Part shown: positions 58,815-64,000 of the stretch, piece after piece
Position numbering within the stretch: position 1 is the stretch's first letter
How the letters are laid out: each line of letters begins with the position of its first letter
IMG/VR virus record: IMGVR_UViG_3300021963_000038
Coordinates: 1-64,000 of that record
DNA length: 64,000 nt
DNA from: a virus
Direction: 5' to 3' (one strand)
The notes under the pieces: model-generated
The model's input: the letters and a program-made list of their open reading frames with translations, nothing else
What the model was told of the DNA's origin: nothing
The model's database searches: none
Made by a program: the position numbers and the translations under genes

Positions 58815-59578
58815 ACTTTCAAGAATATCTATCACACTACAAACAGGTAATCGATAAAGAAGTCGAGGGATGGTTTTATCCCAAAGATATCATTATCACA
58901 TACGGCATACTGAAAGAGTTACAAAGACCTAAAGGTGATGTGTGTGAGATTGGTGTCGCATATGGTAAAAGTGCCATTATGATTTCACAATTCAAAGATG
59001 ATAGCAATTTTTATTTGTATGATATCTTTAGTGAAGAAGCCAGACTTGTTGCTGAAAATAACATATCAAAGTTTGGTAACAATTTGAATTTGAATTGGCG
59101 GTTACAAGATACAACACAATTAAAATATGATGATGTTGTTTTTAAAGATGATTTGAGATTTCTCCACATCGATGGTTGCCATGAACATTCTGCCGTATTG
59201 AGTGATTTAATATTGTTCAGTAGTAAGATGAGAGATGATGGTGTTATTGCGATTGATGATTTTCAAGACCAAGAATATCCAGGTGTTAATAGTGCAGCAT
59301 TTCAATTTTCATTGTCGAATGGTAATTATAAAAATTGGAGAGTATTTGCCATAGGTGACAACAAAGCATATATGTGCCAAAAGAAATACGCTGAACTATA
59401 CCAAAAATCTTTAGTTGACTATATTGTTAAGGCAAAAGAAAGATATAATGTGCCGTTTGAAATGCACTTGGGTTTGCGTGAAGTGTTAGACATGAATGTT
59501 CTTATGTGTGATTCTAGAACTTCATGGGATCCAAATGTCATTAAAGAATCTTTATTTGATAAACCAATTATAGGGTGA
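58811..59578 (+). CDS. Class I SAM-dependent methyltransferase (Methyltransf_24-like)
   Basis: CEIGVAYGKS motif I; YLYD; FLHIDGCH; GVIAIDD..YPGV. Confidence 0.8.
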   Translation: MNFQEYLSHYKQVIDKEVEGWFYPKDIIITYGILKELQRPKGDVCEIGVAYGKSAIMISQFKDDSNFYLYDIFSEEARLVAENNISKFGNNLNLNWRLQDTTQLKYDDVVFKDDLRFLHIDGCHEHSAVLSDLILFSSKMRDDGVIAIDDFQDQEYPGVNSAAFQFSLSNGNYKNWRVFAIGDNKAYMCQKKYAELYQKSLVDYIVKAKERYNVPFEMHLGLREVLDMNVLMCDSRTSWDPNVIKESLFDKPIIG

Positions 59579-59581
59579 TTT

Positions 59582-59773
59582 ATGGGTGATTTTAAAAAAT
59601 TACATGAGTTTACCGATGGTCGAAATCGAACTGGTCAGGTATTCTATACAGGCAAAGATAACTACATGGTCTTGCTTTTTGAAGCGGACTTAGATTATAA
59701 TGAGATGAGAATCTTCACTAATGAAGAAGAATCTAAAAAATGTGCAATGAATTGGGTACCAATATATGAGTGA
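59582..59773 (+). CDS. Small hypothetical protein
   Basis: 63 aa; fills the gap between neighbours; RBS-like AGGGTG. Confidence 0.6.
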   Translation: MGDFKKLHEFTDGRNRTGQVFYTGKDNYMVLLFEADLDYNEMRIFTNEEESKKCAMNWVPIYE

Positions 59774-60356
59774 AATTTTAACCATCAATACAGAAGCGGG
59801 TCTATTCAAAGAAGAAACGATTGAACCGTTGCCGTTATATAATGAACATCACCCGATGTTACAACAACCTATTCCAGAATATGACTTGAGAACTCTACCT
59901 AATCCTGTTATGACTAAATTAGTCAAACGATTAAAGATGACGATGAAGATGTATAGTGGTTTGGGACTATCAGCAAATCAATGTGGTGTATTCGAAAGAG
60001 TATTTGTGATTGGCAATGAAGATATGATTATTCCGTGTATTAATCCCAAAGTAATCAGAGTATCTGAAAAGACAGACAAAAACAACGAAGGGTGTTTATC
60101 GTTTCCTGGTTTGTTTTTGAAAATTGAAAGACCCATATCTGTTGATGTGGAATTTCATAATGAAAACGGCAAGTTGGTTAATACAACATTTGAAGGTCTT
60201 ACTGCAAGATGTTTTCTGCATGAATTAGACCACATGAATGGTATTCGTATGATTGAACACACAAAGCCATTAGCACTACAAATGGCAAGACAAAAACAAC
60301 AGAAGTTAATTAAAAAAGTGAAAAGAACTCAGAAAAATAATGGCATACTCATTTGA
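59766..60356 (+). CDS. def: Peptide deformylase
   Basis: All three PDF motifs: GLGLSANQ, EGCLS, HELDH. Confidence 0.93.
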   Translation: MSEILTINTEAGLFKEETIEPLPLYNEHHPMLQQPIPEYDLRTLPNPVMTKLVKRLKMTMKMYSGLGLSANQCGVFERVFVIGNEDMIIPCINPKVIRVSEKTDKNNEGCLSFPGLFLKIERPISVDVEFHNENGKLVNTTFEGLTARCFLHELDHMNGIRMIEHTKPLALQMARQKQQKLIKKVKRTQKNNGILI

Positions 60357-61677
60357 CCCAAAAGATGATGTAGAAGAACAATGGCGTAAATGGCAAGAAG
60401 CCAATCCGCCAGATTCTTTTATGGATATTAATGAAGATGAGTTGCGTGAGCAAACCATCAAAGACCTTACCTATGTGTCGGCTATGGATGTCCGTGAATA
60501 TACACTATATCAGAAATGGTGTGAAATCAAAGACAAGTATCCCACATTTGTGAACAATACATTATTCGGTGAAGAAGTACAATTGGTTGACCCAAAACAA
60601 CAAGTGTTGGTAGATGAAGTTAAGAATAACATTTGGTTGCCTGAAAGTCCTGATGACTATTTGAATCTTGAACCTGTATTGATTTACACCGATGATTCTG
60701 GTTCTGTATCACGCAAAGGTGTTGATGGTACAGTTGTTGAAGATAAAATTAAACGTAGTGATTTACCTGAAAGATGGAACACGGCACGAAACTTTATCTC
60801 GACAATGAAGAACAATAGTAACATTGGTCGCAATCTTAACTTTCTTGTTGCAGACAATAAGACAGGTAAGTATCTTGGTGTTATTTGTATATCATCAGAC
60901 TTTCTTGATTTAACACCAAGAGATAATGCGATTGGTTGGCCTCGTGAGTTAAAGACACAAGGTGGTATGATTAATCATACTGCAATTGGTTCTACAATTG
61001 TTCCGTTTCAACCACTTGGTTACAACTATGTTGGTGGTAAGTTACTTGCATTGCTTTGCCTATCAGATGAAGTGCAAAGATTGTGGAAGAAACAGTATGG
61101 TGATACCTTGATTGGTGTAACAACAACATCATTGTATGGTAAAACTAAAGCAGGTGGTCTATCACAATATGATAACCTTGACCATTGGAATCCTATGGGC
61201 TTCTCCTCTGGTTCTGTATCGTTTGAACCAAATAGAGATACACGTTATAAAATTCGTGAATGGTTGAAAGCAAATCATACCCGTAAATATTTCGAATGGT
61301 ATGTTGCAAAGAAAGCAAGTGGTCAACCACATAAACGTGACCATAAGAATCGTTCTTTAAATTTCACTTACTCTAAGATGAGTATACCAAAAGAATTGAT
61401 TAAGGCAGAACATCATCGTGGCATTTATTTCAGTCCACTATACAACAACTCGTTTGAGTTCTTGCGTGGTGATATCAAAGAAACAGAATTGGTTAAATCG
61501 TTTGATACCAGTTATGAATCTTTGACAAAGATATGGAAAGAAAAACACGCTAAAGGTCGTATCGGTTTTCTAAAGAAGAAAGACAAGGTATCAACCGAAA
61601 CTTTGTTCTATGATGATTTGATATATCTTACATGGGAAGAAACAAAGGCAAAGTATCTTGGCCAAGTCGGCAGATAA
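60340..61677 (+). CDS. DUF4338/DruA-like protein (putative GNAT/Mom-like transferase)
   Basis: GRNLNFLV.D..TGKYLGVI..RD..IGW..P..P.GYN..GGKLLA....S.EV...W...YG..L..VTTTSLYG..SQY..L; no other Druantia genes in the window. Confidence 0.7.
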   Translation: MAYSFDPKDDVEEQWRKWQEANPPDSFMDINEDELREQTIKDLTYVSAMDVREYTLYQKWCEIKDKYPTFVNNTLFGEEVQLVDPKQQVLVDEVKNNIWLPESPDDYLNLEPVLIYTDDSGSVSRKGVDGTVVEDKIKRSDLPERWNTARNFISTMKNNSNIGRNLNFLVADNKTGKYLGVICISSDFLDLTPRDNAIGWPRELKTQGGMINHTAIGSTIVPFQPLGYNYVGGKLLALLCLSDEVQRLWKKQYGDTLIGVTTTSLYGKTKAGGLSQYDNLDHWNPMGFSSGSVSFEPNRDTRYKIREWLKANHTRKYFEWYVAKKASGQPHKRDHKNRSLNFTYSKMSIPKELIKAEHHRGIYFSPLYNNSFEFLRGDIKETELVKSFDTSYESLTKIWKEKHAKGRIGFLKKKDKVSTETLFYDDLIYLTWEETKAKYLGQVGR

Positions 61678-61689
61678 TAAAAATAGTGC

Positions 61690-61718
61690 TTGCTTTTGTG
61701 AAAAAAGTCCTATATAAT
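61690..61718 (+). promoter_or_regulatory. Sigma70-type promoter driving the tRNA-like RNA
   Basis: TTGCTT (61690-95), 17 bp, TATAAT (61713-18); no plus-strand ORF in the track before the terminator at 61840. Confidence 0.85.
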
Positions 61719-61738
61719 TATAACATAGTAAAAAATAT

Positions 61739-61807
61739 GCGGTGGGTTGGATAACAAATTGAGGTACCCCCTTAATCAACTTTGTGAAACTCAAAGACAC
61801 CGCTCCA
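61739..61807 (+). tRNA. Non-canonical tRNA-Gly-like RNA, anticodon ACC, encoded CCA
   Basis: Acceptor GCGGTG/CACCGC + T discriminator + CCA; mini D-arm TTG-GATAA-CAA; anticodon arm TTGAG-GTACCCC-CTTAA; 4-nt variable loop; T-arm CTTTG-TGAAACT-CAAAG. Confidence 0.75.
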
Positions 61808-61839
61808 TCTTTCATTAAATCTCCAGTTCAATGAAACCT

Positions 61840-61875
61840 AAAACCCCTATTGCCCAAAGGTGATAGGGGTTTTTT
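61840..61875 (+). terminator. Rho-independent terminator after the tRNA-like RNA
   Basis: AAAACCCCTATTGCC-CAAA-GGTGATAGGGGTTTTTT. Confidence 0.88.
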
Positions 61876-61903
61876 CATTATTGCCACACAGAATTGGATT
61901 TTG

Positions 61904-61912
61904 TGTTATAAT
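61904..61912 (+). promoter_or_regulatory. Extended -10 promoter for ORF 61936
   Basis: TGtTATAAT; TTGCCA at 61881 is 20 bp away, so the -35 element is uncertain. Confidence 0.55.
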
Positions 61913-61935
61913 GACAACTTCAATAGGAGATTTTC

Positions 61936-62124
61936 ATGTGTAATGACAATGACTATTCGCATACCCTACTAGAACAGGAAGAAGAACATTTTTATTCCTG
62001 TGTTGCCGATGTTGTGGATGCCTTCAAAATTCATGGTACCGAAAACATCATGCGGGAAGTAAGTAAAAATACTTACATAAATCAAGAGCTTAGAGTGTTG
62101 TTTTCTGGCAACAAGACGGCTTGA
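61936..62124 (+). CDS. Small hypothetical early protein
   Basis: 62 aa with strong RBS AGGAG. Confidence 0.65.
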   Translation: MCNDNDYSHTLLEQEEEHFYSCVADVVDAFKIHGTENIMREVSKNTYINQELRVLFSGNKTA

Positions 62125-62149
62125 CATTTCAGACTACCTGTGTTACAAT
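62121..62149 (+). promoter_or_regulatory. Sigma70-type early promoter
   Basis: TTGACA (62121-26), 17 bp, TGtTACAAT (62144-49). Confidence 0.85.
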
Positions 62150-62178
62150 GGTCGTATTAAAAGTTAAATAGGTAAACT

Positions 62179-64000
62179 ATGCAAGATTATAGTGTCGAAT
62201 CAAAATCACAATTAGCGAAGTTGCTCGCTACTGAAAACCTGACTATTCAACACCAAAAAATCAGAACCGCAAAATTCGATACAGCGAATCGTGTTCTGTA
62301 TTGTCCAATTTGGGATAATATGACTGGTGATTTGTATGACCTTTTGTTAGGTCACGAAGTTGGTCATGCTTTATATACACCTAAAGATGGATGGCATGAT
62401 GCTGTTTGTGATAAAGGTGAAAATTACAAACGATTCCTTAATGTGATTGAAGATGCTCGCATTGAGAAAAAAGTCAAACGCAAATATCCAGGTATTCGTA
62501 AATCATTTATTAATGGTTATGCTAACCTTTTAGAACGTGATTTTTTCGGCATCAAAAATAAAAATGTAAATGATTTGGCATTTATCGACCGCTTGAACCT
62601 TTATACAAAAGGCGGTACAATGTTGGGTATTGCCTTTGATGAAAAAGAAAAAACATTGCTTGCTAAAGTTGAAGCAGTTGAAACATGGACTGATGTTTTA
62701 AATGTTTGTTCTGAAATTTTTGATTACTCAAAAGATGAACAATCGAAAAAACAAATCTTTTCACCATATGATGATTTTGAAGATTACGAAGATAATTATG
62801 GTGATGATGAAGAAATTGATGATGATTATGATGTTGAAGATTCTGATGAAGAATCAGATGATGAAAAACAAAATGTAAATTCGTCTGATGGTGATGCTGA
62901 AGAAACCGATGAAGAATTGGATGAAAAACAAAATGTCTTAAATCGTGAAAAGAATTCTAAAGCATTGGGTGAAGAAAGTGAAAAATTCGAACCCGATTGT
63001 GTTACTGATGAAGCATTTAGGCAGAATGAAGATAAATTACTTTCAGAAAAATGCCGTGATTTCCGTTACATGAATGTGCCTAAGTTGGTGAATCCCAAAT
63101 CTGTGTATACAGGTTACAAACGTGTTCACGAATTAATGGAAAAACATTTCAAAGAATACAATCCAGTAACTTATACGGATGGTACAGTTGATAAATTGGT
63201 GAAAGAATTCAAATCTCAAAATGAAAGATACATTTCATTATTGGCAAAAGAATTCGAAATGAAGAAGGCTGCAAAATCTTACTCTAAGGCCAAAATCTCC
63301 GATACTGGTGATATTGATATCAATAAACTTTACAAGTATCAAGTTGAAGATAATATCTTCCGTAAAATGACGGTTCTACCAAAAGGTAAATCTCACGGTT
63401 TGGTTTTGTTACTTGATAAATCTGGTTCGATGCGTGATAACATGAGTGGTTCTATCGAACAGATTTTGGTTCTAACCGCATTTTGCCGTAAAGTAAATAT
63501 TCCTTTTACTGTTTACGCTTTTAGTGATTATGACCATGCTCGCCGTATGGATGTAAGTGATGATGTTTTTGATAAAGAAAAAAATGTTGCGGCTTTCAGT
63601 AGAAATTCTGGTGAGATGGAACTAGGAGATGTTTATTTGCGTGAGTATTTGAATTCTACAATGAAAACTTCCGAGTATAATCGTTGTGTTAAGAATATGA
63701 TTTTGCTTGCCAATGCATACAATGTTTCATATAATACTCGCACACATTTTTCAATTCCACCATCAGAAGGTCTTGGTATGACTCCTCTGATTCAATCAAT
63801 CTTTGCAATTCAACCTGCAATCAGTAAATTCAAAGTGAAAAATAATCTTGACATTGTGAATTTAATTGTTGTGCATGATGGTGATGCCGATAGTTGTGGT
63901 TATCATTTGTATTATGATACTCAAAAAGAAAAAATGTCATGGAGTGGTTGGTCCCATGAGCGTGAAAATGTTTTCATTGCTGATAACAGTATTAAGTTTC
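62179..64000 (+). CDS. Partial CobT-like protein (HExxH metallopeptidase-like domain, acidic linker, vWA domain)
   Basis: Not in ORF track because it runs off the end. MQDYSVESKSQLAKLLATENL..LLGHEVGHALYTP..NVIEDARIE; D/E-rich linker; HGLVLLLDKSGSM MIDAS motif; VVHDGD. Confidence 0.85.
   Translation, partial: MQDYSVESKSQLAKLLATENLTIQHQKIRTAKFDTANRVLYCPIWDNMTGDLYDLLLGHEVGHALYTPKDGWHDAVCDKGENYKRFLNVIEDARIEKKVKRKYPGIRKSFINGYANLLERDFFGIKNKNVNDLAFIDRLNLYTKGGTMLGIAFDEKEKTLLAKVEAVETWTDVLNVCSEIFDYSKDEQSKKQIFSPYDDFEDYEDNYGDDEEIDDDYDVEDSDEESDDEKQNVNSSDGDAEETDEELDEKQNVLNREKNSKALGEESEKFEPDCVTDEAFRQNEDKLLSEKCRDFRYMNVPKLVNPKSVYTGYKRVHELMEKHFKEYNPVTYTDGTVDKLVKEFKSQNERYISLLAKEFEMKKAAKSYSKAKISDTGDIDINKLYKYQVEDNIFRKMTVLPKGKSHGLVLLLDKSGSMRDNMSGSIEQILVLTAFCRKVNIPFTVYAFSDYDHARRMDVSDDVFDKEKNVAAFSRNSGEMELGDVYLREYLNSTMKTSEYNRCVKNMILLANAYNVSYNTRTHFSIPPSEGLGMTPLIQSIFAIQPAISKFKVKNNLDIVNLIVVHDGDADSCGYHLYYDTQKEKMSWSGWSHERENVFIADNSIKF

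Noticed and set aside
60340-61677. Complete Druantia anti-phage system
   Set aside because: Only a DruA-like gene is present; no DruE helicase or DruB-D neighbours
61591-61815. 74-aa minus-strand ORF over the tRNA-like element
   Set aside because: It opposes a clear plus-strand promoter-RNA-terminator unit, overlaps the DUF4338 gene end and has no recognisable motif

Overview
This window comes from a large, AT-rich T4-like myovirus genome with cyanophage/pelagiphage-type gene order. Left to right it holds: gp54-like/gp2/gp4 on the minus strand; the baseplate module (gp48, gp53, hub, a three-way split gp5, gp25, gp6, gp7, gp8, a 1980-aa VrlC-like protein); an ~18 kb modular fibre region (stalks with 14-aa ANSAASYANSGFAV repeats, ~110-aa adaptor paralogs, seven glycine-rich tip paralogs); neck, terminase (with a Dps gene between the two subunits), sheath, tube, portal, prohead and major capsid genes; then gp3, uvsY, uvsW, gp55, gp47, gp46, a SAM methyltransferase, peptide deformylase, a DUF4338/DruA-like (putative GNAT/Mom-like) gene and a partial CobT-like vWA gene. 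The most notable unannotated element is a 69-nt CCA-ending tRNA-Gly-like RNA (61739-61807, anticodon ACC). It has features of non-proteinogenic tRNAs, its own sigma70 promoter and terminator, and lies directly downstream of the DUF4338 gene. Together they suggest a tRNA-dependent glycyl-transfer system, possibly for DNA hypermodification. All family assignments come from motif recognition and synteny; no database searches were run.
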